This document shows, one piece after another, positions 1 through 11,062 of a DNA stretch of 64,000 bases; the stretch's first letter is position 1; each line of letters starts with the position of its first letter. The translations under genes and the position numbers were made by a program. Source of the DNA: an uncultured Bacteroidota bacterium (GTDB lineage: Bacteria; Bacteroidota; Bacteroidia; Chitinophagales; Chitinophagaceae); assembly GCA_963830845.1 (NCBI GenBank), contig CAWHOR010000053.1, forward strand, positions 4,108-68,107, given 5' to 3'. A model generated the notes under the pieces. It searched no databases. It had not been told where the DNA came from and saw nothing but the letters and a program-made list of their open reading frames with translations.

Positions 1-1836
1 GAAAGTGTTCAGAAGTTATTGGGCGGTATGGATCAGAATATTAATGTGTACAATAACTACATCCCGATTTTTGATAAACGCTTCATCAGCCCTATCAGTG
101 ATAATGGCGATGCATTCTATAATTATCGTGTACCTGATACACAGTATGTGGCTGGTAAACGTTTCTTTCATCTTGTTTTCTCACCGAAGCGTAAAGGAGA
201 AAATACATTTGAAGGTGATTGCTGGATACATGATACAACCTATGCAGTACAAAAAATGAACTTGCGTTTAGCAAAGGGCGCCAATGTAAATTATGTGGAA
301 AAGCTGAGTATTGTACAGGAATACAAATTTGTAAACGATTCCATCTGGTTTTTGCTGAAGGACAAATTTATTATTGATGTGGCACCAATTGGTAAACAGA
401 AGTTTGGTGTAACCGGTCGAAAAACCACTACATATAAAGATGTACTTATCAATTCAGGTGTGGTGTGGGAACAATTACAGAAGAATAAAAAACTGGAAGA
501 AACAGTATTGCTTGCAGGTTCAACACAACAACCGGAAACCTATTGGAAAGAATCACGGCATGAAGAACTTGCAAAAAATGAGAAGGCCATTTACAGTATG
601 ATCGATACGTTGCAGAAGATGCCGCTCTTTAAACGCTACAGCGATATTGCTACATTTCTTGCAACCGGTTATAAAGCATTCGGGAGTTTTGAATACGGTC
701 CATGGTTCAATGTAATGAGCTCAAATGTGGTGGAAGGTTTCCGAACAAGGTTGGACTTGGGAACAAGCACCAACTTCAGTAAAACGTGGTGGTTGCGTGG
801 TTACCTTGCGTACGGATTTACTGATAAGAAATTTAAAGGCCGGGCAGAGATCACACATCTGTTCAAACGAGATCCACGGATGCGTTTATACATGTCGTAT
901 ACCAATGATTATGATAATGGCCAACGTTATTATGATGAAGTGGGAACCGATAACGTGTTTACATTGGCAGCACGTAAATCGCAAGTACCTATTAAGTTTC
1001 TTCGGGTAGAACAACAACGTATTGAGTTCTCGAAAGAAACACATGCAGGTTTTACTTTTGAAGTTTCTGCTACACGTAAACGATTCGATCCAATTCGTTC
1101 GTTACCCGCAAAATCAATTTATCCCGATGGAGTGGGTGATGCCTTGAACAATTCTGAGGTCGGCCTTCGCATTCGTTATGCTTATCTTGAACGTTTCCTC
1201 GAGGGAACATTCTTACGATCAAGTTTAGGAAGCCCCTACCCGATTGCTGAAATTAAATATGCAAGAGGTTTTCCCGGGTTCTTAAAAAGCAATTATCAAT
1301 ACCATCGTTTATCTGCATCAGTACACGATTACTTTAAAGTTGCTAATCTTGGTGAACTGTATTACAATGTGTACGGGGGTAAAATTTATGGCACACTTCC
1401 ATTTCCACTATTGGAAATCCATCCCGGCAATGAAATTTTCTACTATAATAAATATGCATTCAACCTTATGAACAGGTTTGAATATTTGAGTGATGAGTAT
1501 GCAGGTATTAACGTTGAGCACAATATCGGTAATGGGATGTTCCGTTTACTTGGCCCTACACGCAAACTGAAGCTGCGCCAGTTCTGGACTGCAAAAGTGT
1601 TATGGGGAAGTTTGAGTGAAGGGAATCGCAGTTTTAATCAGGTGGGTGCCGTGTTCGATCGTGGTCATCAGTTTCAATCGCTCAATGGAAAAACCTACAT
1701 GGAAGTGGGTACAGGTGTTGATAATATCTTTCGTGTGTTGCGGTTCGATTTTATCTGGCGACTATCACCGCAACCATTACCTGCAGAACAGTATAAACGC
1801 TTTGGTGTTTTTGGGAGTTTCAGGTTGCAGTTTTAG
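1..1836 (+). CDS. DUF5686-family outer-membrane protein (5' truncated by window)
   Basis: Open frame from position 1. Beta-strand-rich C-terminus 'YMEVGTGVDNIFRVLRFDFIWRL...FRLQF' ending in Phe is typical of Bacteroidota DUF5686/carboxypeptidase-regulatory-like proteins. Confidence 0.75.
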   Translation, partial: ESVQKLLGGMDQNINVYNNYIPIFDKRFISPISDNGDAFYNYRVPDTQYVAGKRFFHLVFSPKRKGENTFEGDCWIHDTTYAVQKMNLRLAKGANVNYVEKLSIVQEYKFVNDSIWFLLKDKFIIDVAPIGKQKFGVTGRKTTTYKDVLINSGVVWEQLQKNKKLEETVLLAGSTQQPETYWKESRHEELAKNEKAIYSMIDTLQKMPLFKRYSDIATFLATGYKAFGSFEYGPWFNVMSSNVVEGFRTRLDLGTSTNFSKTWWLRGYLAYGFTDKKFKGRAEITHLFKRDPRMRLYMSYTNDYDNGQRYYDEVGTDNVFTLAARKSQVPIKFLRVEQQRIEFSKETHAGFTFEVSATRKRFDPIRSLPAKSIYPDGVGDALNNSEVGLRIRYAYLERFLEGTFLRSSLGSPYPIAEIKYARGFPGFLKSNYQYHRLSASVHDYFKVANLGELYYNVYGGKIYGTLPFPLLEIHPGNEIFYYNKYAFNLMNRFEYLSDEYAGINVEHNIGNGMFRLLGPTRKLKLRQFWTAKVLWGSLSEGNRSFNQVGAVFDRGHQFQSLNGKTYMEVGTGVDNIFRVLRFDFIWRLSPQPLPAEQYKRFGVFGSFRLQF

Positions 1837-1900
1837 TCTTGCTTCAACGTTGATATTTTAAACTAATCATTACACTACACATTCTGGCAAGATCAGTCAT

Positions 1901-2101
1901 CTAACTTTTGAGATCCTTCTTAAAGAGACGAAGTATTAAATAAGCAACTACTGCCAAGATATTGAACAAGACGATAAAAAGAATCCATAAAACTCTTTTT
2001 TCAAATGACAGACTTTGATCTCGCAGTATCTCTATGACTCCAAAGGCTATTGTCAAGATGATTAAGATTATTACGAAATAAACTTCAATGTTAGATCCCA
2101 T
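1901..2101 (-). CDS. Small two-TM membrane protein, PLDc N-terminal-like
   Basis: MGSNIEVY...; hydrophobic helices flanking 'EKRVLWILFIVLFNILAVVAYL', the PLDc_N pattern. ATG at 2101 preferred over the upstream start. Confidence 0.55.
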   Translation of the reverse strand: MGSNIEVYFVIILIILTIAFGVIEILRDQSLSFEKRVLWILFIVLFNILAVVAYLILRLFKKDLKS

Positions 2102-2220
2102 CACTATTGTAATTTTTACAAGACTCGCACAGGTTGCTTTGTGAGCCGTGCACAAGAATAATAAGTTCCCGGCAAAGAAAAAATACTACGATCCGGGTAT
2201 TCAATGAAAATTGATATCAT

Positions 2221-3402
2221 TTACAATTCATCCAAACACTCAACAATCACTTCACAGGCTTTTGTAATTTCTTCTTCCGAAATAGTCAATGGCGGAGCAA
2301 TACGCAAACAATTTGCGGCAAATAAGAACCAGTCCGTAAGTACACCTTTTTCAATACAGGCATCAATTACTTTCTTGTTTGTTTCAAAACTATCAAACAC
2401 AACCGCCATCATCAAACCACGTGAACGTACCGCTTCAATTTTCGGATGATGCAATAATGTGCGGAAGAGAATTTCTTTTTCAGCAACACCCTTCACCAAC
2501 TCTTCTTCCAGCAATACATTCATGGCCGCCATACCTGCAGCACAGCATACCGGATGTCCGCCAAAGGTTGTGATGTGACCCAGCACCGGGTTTTCTGTTA
2601 ACTTCCACATCAATTCTTTATCGGCAACAAATGCACCCAACGGCATACCACCGCCCAATGCTTTTCCTAATAATAAAATATCGGGCACCACATCAAACAA
2701 CTCAAATGCCCATAACGATCCGTTTCTGCCAAAGCCACATTGTATTTCATCTAATATTAATAACGCACCTGTTTCGTTACAGCGTTTACGCAAGGCCGTG
2801 ATCCATTCTTTCAACGGCGCATTTACACCTGCCTCGGCCTGGATGGTTTCAGCAATTACACAAGCAGTATTATTTCCAATCAGCTCCAAAGCTTCAAACG
2901 AATTATAATCGGCATGGTGCACACCCGGCAACAACGGTCGGAAGGAATTCCGCCAATATTCATCACCCATTACACTTAATGCACCTTGTGTGCTGCCATG
3001 ATAACTATTTTTAAATGCAACCATCTCGGTGCGACCGGTCACCCGTTTCGCCAGTTTCATAGCACCTTCGGTTGCTTCTGTTCCGGAGTTGGTGAAGAAT
3101 ACCGAATTAAGTGATGCAGGTAAATGATCGGTCAACAATTTGGCATATTGCACCTGCGGACTTTCCACAAACTCACCATATACCAATAAATGCATATACT
3201 GATCAACCTGTTGTTTGATGGCTTCCACCACTTTGGGATGACGGTGGCCCACATTGCAAACACTGATGCCTGCGATCAGATCAATATATTCTTTACCCTC
3301 AGCATCCCACAAACGGCTTCCTTCAGCCTTTACAATTTCCAGCGCCAGCGGTGCAGGAGATGTTTGAGCGACGTGTTTTAAAAATAGTTCCCGTTGATTC
3401 AT
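2221..3402 (-). CDS. Class III PLP aminotransferase (acetylornithine aminotransferase-like)
   Basis: Motifs NSGTEA, YHGST, LILDEIQCGFGR, GKALGGG, TTFGGHP. Confidence 0.9.
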   Translation of the reverse strand: MNQRELFLKHVAQTSPAPLALEIVKAEGSRLWDAEGKEYIDLIAGISVCNVGHRHPKVVEAIKQQVDQYMHLLVYGEFVESPQVQYAKLLTDHLPASLNSVFFTNSGTEATEGAMKLAKRVTGRTEMVAFKNSYHGSTQGALSVMGDEYWRNSFRPLLPGVHHADYNSFEALELIGNNTACVIAETIQAEAGVNAPLKEWITALRKRCNETGALLILDEIQCGFGRNGSLWAFELFDVVPDILLLGKALGGGMPLGAFVADKELMWKLTENPVLGHITTFGGHPVCCAAGMAAMNVLLEEELVKGVAEKEILFRTLLHHPKIEAVRSRGLMMAVVFDSFETNKKVIDACIEKGVLTDWFLFAANCLRIAPPLTISEEEITKACEVIVECLDEL

Positions 3403-3687
3403 ATTGCGTTGTGCTGCAAATGTCGGGAATTGTTCCTAAGGGTTGCCAACCTTCATCCTTTCAATAAATGAGGCCAATCTGCAAAAGGTTGGCAATCCAA
3501 TTTCATAAACCATTCGCTAACTACTTGCGTATGTCTGATGGTCAGATGCTGAAACGGGCTTTGTATTCTGACCTTTACAGGCAGCGTACAGTTAAAAAAT
3601 CGGATATCCGCTTAAAATAAGACGTCAAACATTATGTACCCTCAAAAAACATTACGAAATTTACAGCAGAACAAAACCACATTCCGT

Positions 3688-4221
3688 ATGCCTGTTATTC
3701 TCCCGGTAGAAGGTGTTTTTCCACAATTTGGCGACGATTGCTTTATTGCTCCGAATGCTACCATCGTAGGCGATGTGGTAATGGGCAATGAATGCAGTGT
3801 TTGGTTCAATGCAGTTGTGCGGGGAGATGTAAACAGCATCCGGCTGGGTAATAAAGTGAATGTACAGGACGGAGCGGTGTTACATGCTACCTACCAAAAA
3901 ACGAAAACGATTGTTGGAAATAACGTAAGTATCGGGCACAATGCCATTGTTCATGGTTGTACGGTACATGATAATGTGTTGATCGGGATGGGTGCCATTG
4001 TGATGGACAATGCTATCATCAACAGTAATTCCATTATAGCAGCAGGTGCTGTTGTGCTGGAAGGTACAGTGGTGGAAGCTGGAAGTATTTATGCCGGTGT
4101 TCCGGCTAAAAAAGTAAAAGACATCAGCCAGGAGCTGATCAATGGCGAGATCAACCGGATCGCTACTAATTATATCAAGTATTCCGGCTGGTTTAAAGAT
4201 GCCTTAACAGAAAATAACTGA
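3688..4221 (+). CDS. Gamma carbonic anhydrase family protein (hexapeptide repeat)
   Basis: VRGDVNSI, NVQDGAVLH, IGHNAIVHGC motifs; ATG at 3688 (MPVILPV). Confidence 0.9.
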   Translation: MPVILPVEGVFPQFGDDCFIAPNATIVGDVVMGNECSVWFNAVVRGDVNSIRLGNKVNVQDGAVLHATYQKTKTIVGNNVSIGHNAIVHGCTVHDNVLIGMGAIVMDNAIINSNSIIAAGAVVLEGTVVEAGSIYAGVPAKKVKDISQELINGEINRIATNYIKYSGWFKDALTENN

Positions 4222-4270
4222 TTACGGTACGAACATTGTCTATACCCGAATGTTAAACATAAATATTAGT

Positions 4271-4444
4271 ATGAAACAGATTACCAATGCAGCGCTTTTA
4301 GTATTATTACTGTCTTTTATGGTGAGTTGTAATGTGTTTAAACGAACACCCAAGGAAGGATGTCCAACCAACGGAAAGAACGTTGGAGCAGAAAAACTTC
4401 TTGGCGGCGAAAAAATAAAAAAAGCGAAACGATTTAACAGTTAA
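4271..4444 (+). CDS. Small basic lipoprotein
   Basis: Signal peptide with lipobox 'FMVSC' followed by a Lys-rich tail with GCP motif. Confidence 0.6.
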   Translation: MKQITNAALLVLLLSFMVSCNVFKRTPKEGCPTNGKNVGAEKLLGGEKIKKAKRFNS

Positions 4445-4495
4445 ATAAAACAGATAGAACTAACCCCATTTATAACACCAACAAAAATTACCACT

Positions 4496-4810
4496 ATGAA
4501 TCCAACATTACGCAACCATGTAGGATATAATGAGGCCGTCCTCGATGATGATGCCAGTTTTGAAAAATTTCATCGCTGGGCAGATGTTATTTCAGACAAA
4601 CTGAAAATCTCCTTTACCAAAAAACTGGATGATTTTGAAGCCTTGTACTGGGATTTTATTTACAAAGGCACAGCCCTTACACTCAGCTTCAACATTTTCA
4701 ACGGCATTTCTGTTTTTCCATCTTTGGAAGAAAAAAGTGAACATTTTGAAAATGCAGCGATTGCTGAATTAGTGGATGCGTTGAAAGATGCTGATCCCGG
4801 CGAAGCATAA
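4496..4810 (+). CDS. Hypothetical protein (DUF3630-like)
   Basis: 104-aa ORF with normal start/stop; 'LYWDFIYKGTALTL' resembles DUF3630. Confidence 0.55.
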   Translation: MNPTLRNHVGYNEAVLDDDASFEKFHRWADVISDKLKISFTKKLDDFEALYWDFIYKGTALTLSFNIFNGISVFPSLEEKSEHFENAAIAELVDALKDADPGEA

Positions 4811-4856
4811 ATTTCTAGTTCATCTTTTTATACAAACTACCAGGCTGCGCAACAGT

Positions 4857-5786
4857 TTAGTAGTTTTTTTTTGTCTCGATGGTAGCAAGTATGCCGCAAT
4901 AGCTGATATAGCGAAGAGGGTGAATGGTCTCAGCCATCACTGCTTCTTTTACTGCGCAGCCTGGCTCTTCCAAGTGCAGACAATTGTTGAATTGACAATC
5001 GTTGATCAGCACCCGCATTTCAGGAAAATAATGTGAAAGCTCCTGCCTGCTGATATCCACCAAGCCAAATTCCTTTACACCCGGTGTATCAATGATCTTT
5101 CCGCCGAATGGCAGATCGTACATTTCAGCAAAGGTGGTGGTATGCATTCCTTTACCACTCCAGCCGCTCACTTCTTCGGTTCGCAACAAAAGATCAGGCA
5201 TCAATGCGTTGATGAACGTTGACTTTCCTACTCCTGAGTGCCCACTCAAAAGCGTTACTTTATCTTTCAATGCTGTTTTAATATCATCAATTCCCAAACC
5301 GGTTTCCATGGAAGCAAGGATCACTTTGTAACCAACTGCTTCATACATTTCTTTCCAGTCGTCAAATTGCGCCTGTTCTTTTTTCTTGTACACATCGGCC
5401 TTATTAAACACGATTACGCCGGGAATATGAAATGCTTCTGATGCAATGAGAAAACGATCAATAAATCCTTGTGAAGTACGTGGCTCTTTTAAGGTTGCAA
5501 ATAATAAACTCTGATCGAGGTTGGAAGCAATGATATGATGCTGATGTTTATTAGCCGGGCTTTGCCGGTTGATGTAGTTTCTGCGATCAGCAATACCGGT
5601 GATCATAACCGTTTGCTCCAAATCATTTTCCATTTCAATCTCCACTTCATCGCCTACCGCAATGGGATTGGTAGAGGTAAATCCATCGATCTTAAACTTG
5701 CCTTTGATACGTGCCTGTACAGTTTTTCCCTCTTCTGTTTTGGCAACATACCAACTACCGGTCGATTTATAAATGATGGCTTTCAT
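4857..5786 (-). CDS. rsgA: Ribosome small subunit-dependent GTPase A
   Basis: NKAD, GHSGVGKS, GMHTTT, DTPG circularly permuted GTPase motifs and Zn finger CQFNNCLHLEEPGC. Confidence 0.95.
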   Translation of the reverse strand: MKAIIYKSTGSWYVAKTEEGKTVQARIKGKFKIDGFTSTNPIAVGDEVEIEMENDLEQTVMITGIADRRNYINRQSPANKHQHHIIASNLDQSLLFATLKEPRTSQGFIDRFLIASEAFHIPGVIVFNKADVYKKKEQAQFDDWKEMYEAVGYKVILASMETGLGIDDIKTALKDKVTLLSGHSGVGKSTFINALMPDLLLRTEEVSGWSGKGMHTTTFAEMYDLPFGGKIIDTPGVKEFGLVDISRQELSHYFPEMRVLINDCQFNNCLHLEEPGCAVKEAVMAETIHPLRYISYCGILATIETKKNY

Positions 5787-5937
5787 GCATTGCAAAGAAA
5801 AGTGATTATTTGCCACGGAGGGATGGAAAATTATTTGCTGTTAAGACGCAGAGACGCTAAGAAATACAGGGGGAAATAAAACACTCGAAGATTTTTGGGA
5901 CCTCTTTCTTTGCGTCTTGGTGCCTTTGCGGTAATAA

Positions 5938-6943
5938 TCATGGAAACTTCCGCAATACTTTATACCGCAACCATGCTTCGATCAATAACAGAATTACAAC
6001 TGCTATCGCAAATGGATAAAATTCTTCTTTATAACGGGAATAGCTGCTGGTTTCAATTTTTGATTTTTCCAGTTGATCGATATCAGTGTACACCTTACTT
6101 AATGTTTCATTATCCGTTGCACGGAAATAATTGCCGCCTGTTTCTGTAGCAATTTCAGTCAACAGTTTTTCATCAATGTTTACTTTCTCCATTGTTCTTA
6201 CAACACCGCTGTTTGTTTGCTGTGGCAGGGCTGCAAATCCTTCGGTTCCCATTCCAATCGTGTACACTTTCACCTGGTACGATTTTGCAATTTCCTTTGC
6301 TGTGCTTGGAGGAATAAGTCCTCCGTTATTTTCACCATCCGTCAACAGGATCACCACTTTGCTTTTTGATTCACTCGACTTTAAGCGTTCAACACTTGTG
6401 GCCAATCCTGAACCGATGGCCGTTCCGTCCTGTAAAATACCACTACGTACAGCATTGATCTGACTGATGAGTGCAGCATAATCAGTTGTTGGAGGACATT
6501 GTGTAAACGGCTCGCCTGAAAAAATCACCAGTCCAATACGATCTGTTTTCCGGGCACTTACAAAATCAATAGCCACCCGTTTCATTGCTTCTAAACGGTT
6601 GGGACTGAAATCTTCAGCCAGCATACTACCGCTTACGTCCATGCAAAGAATAATATCGATGCCTTCGCCTTCCACACGTTCCTCACTACTTCTCGTTTGC
6701 GGACGTGCAATAGCAATGATCAATAATGCAAGCGATAATAGCCTTACTGCAAAAGGCAAATGACGCATCGCATTTTTTGACCCGCCCATTTTCCTGTAAA
6801 TACTCAATGAGGAAACTGTAATGGAGGAGGTTGCTTTTTTATGACTTACATATGTACCAACCGATCAATACCGGCAACAGTAACAGCAACCACAACAGGT
6901 ATGGATAAGCAAATACGATATGTTGATACCAGTCGTTAAGCAT
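5938..6943 (-). CDS. batA: BatA-like VWA domain protein (frameshift near 6850, probably sequencing error)
   Basis: MIDAS DVSGSM, LLTDGENN, ETGGNYFRA. The N-terminus MLNDWYQHIVFAYPYLLW starts at 6943 in another frame. Confidence 0.85.
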
Positions 6944-7829
6944 CGGGGTTGTGTTCTGTATCTGATTTACGGATAATGGTTTCCATCTGTGTTACAGCTT
7001 CTATGCATTCATCTTTTGCAGCATTGAATTTTGCAAACTTAACAGCATCGCCTAAACGAAGTGTTTGAATGATGCTGATGAGTGGCTCGTTCAACACATA
7101 TTGTTTCAGTTGCATTGCCAGCTGATCGGTGGTAAGTCTGGTAAAAGGTTGCTGAATTTTTCGTTCGTAAAACTTTTTTACTGCCTGATCAAGATCAGAG
7201 AAATTTTTCTTCTGTGCCAGTTGGGTATCCCATTCTTCTTTTTTCAATCTTTCTGTTACTTGCAGAAAATCTTCCAAGGCTGTATATTTCGATTCGTATA
7301 TTACGGTAGTCTGTTTCTTCTTTTTCCAACGTCTGAATAAAATGATCAACAAGATAAGACTCAGCACAGCTGCCGCCGCTACAGCATACCCGATCCATTC
7401 TTCACCTGCGTTTACATCAATGATCGGTTTTATATCATTCAGCAATTGATTGCCGGTGGTATCGTATTCGATCATTATTTCTTTTGCCGGGAAACGAAGC
7501 AACTGCGGTTGCCCATTTACGTTGGAAGGAACCACCACCTCAATATTATCAATGGCCCATAACCCACTATCGAAACTGGTAAGCGTAATTTCCCGTTTAA
7601 AAAGATTACTGGTATCGAATTTTACATATTCAAAATGAGGAATGCTGTCGGGGAATTTCCACTGAACAGCAGCATTGCGTTCGATCGCTTTGAGTTCAAG
7701 CTTTAGTTTAAACGGCTCACCAATTAATATTTTTTCTTTACTGGCGGTAATAACAGGAGTTACCTGCGCATTGGAGTACAAGCCTGTGAAGAAACAAAAC
7801 AATATGATCGCCGGCACCCGTTTGCTCAT
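6936..7829 (-). CDS. Bat-operon membrane-anchored hypothetical protein
   Basis: Signal peptide, DIKPI + TM helix, GDAVKFAK motif; usual position between DUF58 and batA. Confidence 0.75.
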   Translation of the reverse strand: MSKRVPAIILFCFFTGLYSNAQVTPVITASKEKILIGEPFKLKLELKAIERNAAVQWKFPDSIPHFEYVKFDTSNLFKREITLTSFDSGLWAIDNIEVVVPSNVNGQPQLLRFPAKEIMIEYDTTGNQLLNDIKPIIDVNAGEEWIGYAVAAAAVLSLILLIILFRRWKKKKQTTVIYESKYTALEDFLQVTERLKKEEWDTQLAQKKNFSDLDQAVKKFYERKIQQPFTRLTTDQLAMQLKQYVLNEPLISIIQTLRLGDAVKFAKFNAAKDECIEAVTQMETIIRKSDTEHNPDA

Positions 7830-8699
7830 CTGATTCGGTTAATAAAAAATTTCTGTAACACTTTTACATAATCATCACCTGCACGCATATGCAGCAGATC
7901 AGCACCTGAACGGCGAAACACATCTTTCACATGATCGTTATGTCGGTGAAAATCTTTTTCGTATTCAAAACGTAACCAAGGCACTGGAACTATCGATCCA
8001 TCGCTGCTCACCTGTTTCAGCATCTGCCACCTGCAACAAACCTGCATCAGGTAATTTCATATCCAACTGATCATAAATTTTAATGCCGATCACATCATGC
8101 TTTTTACAGGCAACCCGCACCGCATCTTCATAACCCTTTCCCAAAAAATCACTGATGAGAAAACAAATACTTTTTCTCCGGCATACATTATTGAACATGC
8201 GGAATGCATCAATATAGTTTGTTTGTTTTGATGCAGCATCGTTACTCAACATTTCCCGTACTATGTAAAGTGTATGTTGTTTTGCTTTTTTGGGAGCGAT
8301 AAAACGCTGCACCTTGTCGCCAAACAAAATGGCGCCCACTTTATCGTTATTATTGACAGCAGAAAAAGCAAGCACCGCAGCTAATTCTGTTACCAGATCT
8401 TTCTTGCGTTGCAGATGTGTACCAAAGCTGATACTGGCACTGTTATCGATCAATAAAAAAACACTTTGCTCACGTTCTTCTTCAAATACTTTGCTGTATG
8501 GATGAGCGTAGCGTGCACTTACATTCCAATCAATAAAACGAATATCATCGCCGGGTTGATATTCTCTTACTTCTTTATAACTCATACCCTGCCCCTTGAA
8601 TGCCGAATGGTATTCGCCGGTGAACATATGATTAGTTAGACGCTTGCTTTTGATTTCAAGTGCCCTTACTTTTTTTAATATTTCGTCGGTTGTGAGCAA
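7826..8699 (-). CDS. DUF58 domain protein (frameshift near 7968)
   Basis: GEYHSAFKGQGM, EVREYQPGDDIRFIDWNVSAR, LISDF; the C-terminus continues in ORF 7826-8047. Confidence 0.88.
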
Positions 8700-8780
8700 G
8701 AGAAGTTATGCATTTTAAAGTTCTAAGTTGATGATGTTATCTTCATTAGCACCTTTCAGATTAGCCTGTCGGCTAATTGC

Positions 8781-9782
8781 TTAAGGTACTTTCACCGCAT
8801 TCAACACCTGACTGATAATATCTTCAACCGATATATTTTCTGCTTCTGCTTCGTAAGTAAGTCCAATACGATGGCGAAGTACGTCGGCAGCAATAGCCCT
8901 GATATCTTCCGGCAATACATAGCCTCTTTTATTGAGGAATGCAACTGCTTTTGAAGCAAGCGCCATATTAATTGAAGCACGTGGTGATCCTCCGTATGCA
9001 ATCAATGGTTTCAGATTGCTCAACCCAACTTCTTCAGGTTTGCGTGTAGCAAATACAATATCAAGAATATAATTTTCAATTTTTTCGTCCATGTAAATGG
9101 TACGTGCCAGATCCCTTGCATCCGTTACTTCTCGAATTGACACCACAGGATTAATGGTTGGAGATGTAATTTGTTGTGTGTTTTGGCGGATGATCATTTG
9201 CTCCTCTGCTTTTTTCGGATAATCGATCACCACCTTCAACATAAAACGATCTTGTTGCGCTTCCGGTAACGGATAAGTACCTTCCTGCTCCAATGGATTT
9301 TGTGTGGCCAAAACAAGAAACGGCTCATCCAGCTTGTACGTATGTTCACCAATTGTTACCTGACGCTCCTGCATGGCTTCGAGCAAGGCACTTTGTACTT
9401 TGGCCGGAGCACGGTTAATTTCATCGGCCAATACAAAATTGGCGAAGATGGGGCCACGCCTTACAAAGAATTCGTTTTTCTGCTGGTTATAGATCATCGT
9501 ACCTATTACATCAGCCGGTAACATATCCGGTGTAAATTGAATACGGCTGAATTTTGCATTAATGGCTTGTGAAAGTGTTTTAATGGTCAACGTTTTTGCC
9601 AAACCCGGTACACCTTCGAGTAAGATGTGGCCGTTACCAAGTAAACCTACGAGCAAGCGATCCACCATATATTGCTGCCCCACTAACACTTTTCCAACTT
9701 CTGCACGTAAACGGTCGAGAAACGCACCGGTGTATTCGATTTTTTCATTCAGGATTTTGATGTCTTCTGCGGTTTTTAACAT
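8781..9782 (-). CDS. MoxR-family AAA+ ATPase
   Basis: LLEGVPGLAKT, RIQFTPD, LADEINRAPAKVQSALLEAMQERQVT, ATQNPLEQEGTYPLPEAQ. Confidence 0.95.
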   Translation of the reverse strand: MLKTAEDIKILNEKIEYTGAFLDRLRAEVGKVLVGQQYMVDRLLVGLLGNGHILLEGVPGLAKTLTIKTLSQAINAKFSRIQFTPDMLPADVIGTMIYNQQKNEFFVRRGPIFANFVLADEINRAPAKVQSALLEAMQERQVTIGEHTYKLDEPFLVLATQNPLEQEGTYPLPEAQQDRFMLKVVIDYPKKAEEQMIIRQNTQQITSPTINPVVSIREVTDARDLARTIYMDEKIENYILDIVFATRKPEEVGLSNLKPLIAYGGSPRASINMALASKAVAFLNKRGYVLPEDIRAIAADVLRHRIGLTYEAEAENISVEDIISQVLNAVKVP

Positions 9783-10006
9783 GTAATCTCGGTTTAGGTT
9801 GTGAAAATACAATCCCGTTGGCTTCAATTAAAATCAATTTATAAACGGTTGTATTCAAATTTCATTTCCTTCTATGCAAAAAGAAGACCGAATTTGAGGA
9901 AAGCCGATAGTCTTTAGTTGTTAGCCATTAATCAACCTGCTTCAATACCTGTGCAACTATCGGCTATCGGTTATCTACTACCCGCTATCCACTATCTTTG
10001 CGGCCT

Positions 10007-10351
10007 ATGGATGCAGCGAATGATTTATTTGTACGATGGATGAACCTGGAGCAAAAGATGGTAGAGCGTTTTGGTAAAAAACCTGATCTGGAAGCTATCC
10101 TTTTTTTGATAGGGATGCAGGAATATGGGCAGTTGAAAGATAAATTCACCAAAGAGCAAAAACAGGATCTGATGCATGTGGCCGTTTGTTTATTACTATC
10201 GCAGAGTGGCTATTTTGAATTTGATCTATTCGACAAAGATGGCTGGCCGCATTTCAAACAATTGAAAGCAATGCCCGTCATGGATATGCGTGAGCAGGAA
10301 AATTTCATTAAAGACCATGTGTTGTTATACTTTGAACAAAAGGGATTCTAA
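10007..10351 (+). CDS. Conserved Bacteroidota hypothetical protein
   Basis: FGKKPDLEAILFLIG...KEQKQDLMHVAVC...DKDGWPHF; preceded by a TATCTTTG -7 box. Confidence 0.75.
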   Translation: MDAANDLFVRWMNLEQKMVERFGKKPDLEAILFLIGMQEYGQLKDKFTKEQKQDLMHVAVCLLLSQSGYFEFDLFDKDGWPHFKQLKAMPVMDMREQENFIKDHVLLYFEQKGF

Positions 10352-11014
10352 ATGAGAAAAACTGTTTTGTTACTTGTACTTGGTTGTTTGTTCCTGCAAG
10401 CAGATGCAAGAAACCGGAAGGTGAAAATTGTTACCAGTAAAGGAACGATCATTGTGCTGTTAAGTGACAAAACGCCTTTGCACCGTGACAATTTCATCAA
10501 GTTGGCAAGGCAAAAATTTTACGACAGCATTCTTTTTCACAGGGTCATTAAAGAATTCATGATACAGGCCGGCGATCCCACCACCAAAAAATCTGAAGCG
10601 GGAAAACGTTACGGGAATGGTGGATTGGAATACAAAATACCGGCTGAGTTTGATACCTCGCTTTTCCATAAACGGGGTGTTTTGGCAGCAGCAAGAGATA
10701 GCAATCCAGAGAAAGCAAGCAGTGGCAGTCACTTTTATATTGTACAGGGTAAGAAGTTTACAGACAGCACGTTGAACGATGTGCGGGAAAAACGTATGGA
10801 CGGCAGAATAATCCCCGATCATCAACGGGAAGTGTACAAAACCATTGGCGGCGCTCCACATCTCGACCAGAACTATACAGTTTTTGGTGAAGTAATCAAA
10901 GGAATGGCCGTTGTGGATACGATTGCACAAATGGAACGGGATCAGTATAACCGCCCGAAAGAAGATGTGCGAATTATTAAGATCAGGCTGAAGAAGAAAT
11001 TTTTATTTTTCTGA
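10352..11014 (+). CDS. Cyclophilin-type peptidyl-prolyl isomerase, secreted
   Basis: TPLHRDNF, FHRVIKEFMIQAGDP, HLDQNYTVFGEV; signal peptide. Confidence 0.93.
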   Translation: MRKTVLLLVLGCLFLQADARNRKVKIVTSKGTIIVLLSDKTPLHRDNFIKLARQKFYDSILFHRVIKEFMIQAGDPTTKKSEAGKRYGNGGLEYKIPAEFDTSLFHKRGVLAAARDSNPEKASSGSHFYIVQGKKFTDSTLNDVREKRMDGRIIPDHQREVYKTIGGAPHLDQNYTVFGEVIKGMAVVDTIAQMERDQYNRPKEDVRIIKIRLKKKFLFF

Positions 11015-11062
11015 TTCCGAGAAAACAGTCAATTTAGCAGCGCTCTAAATAAAAAACAAATC

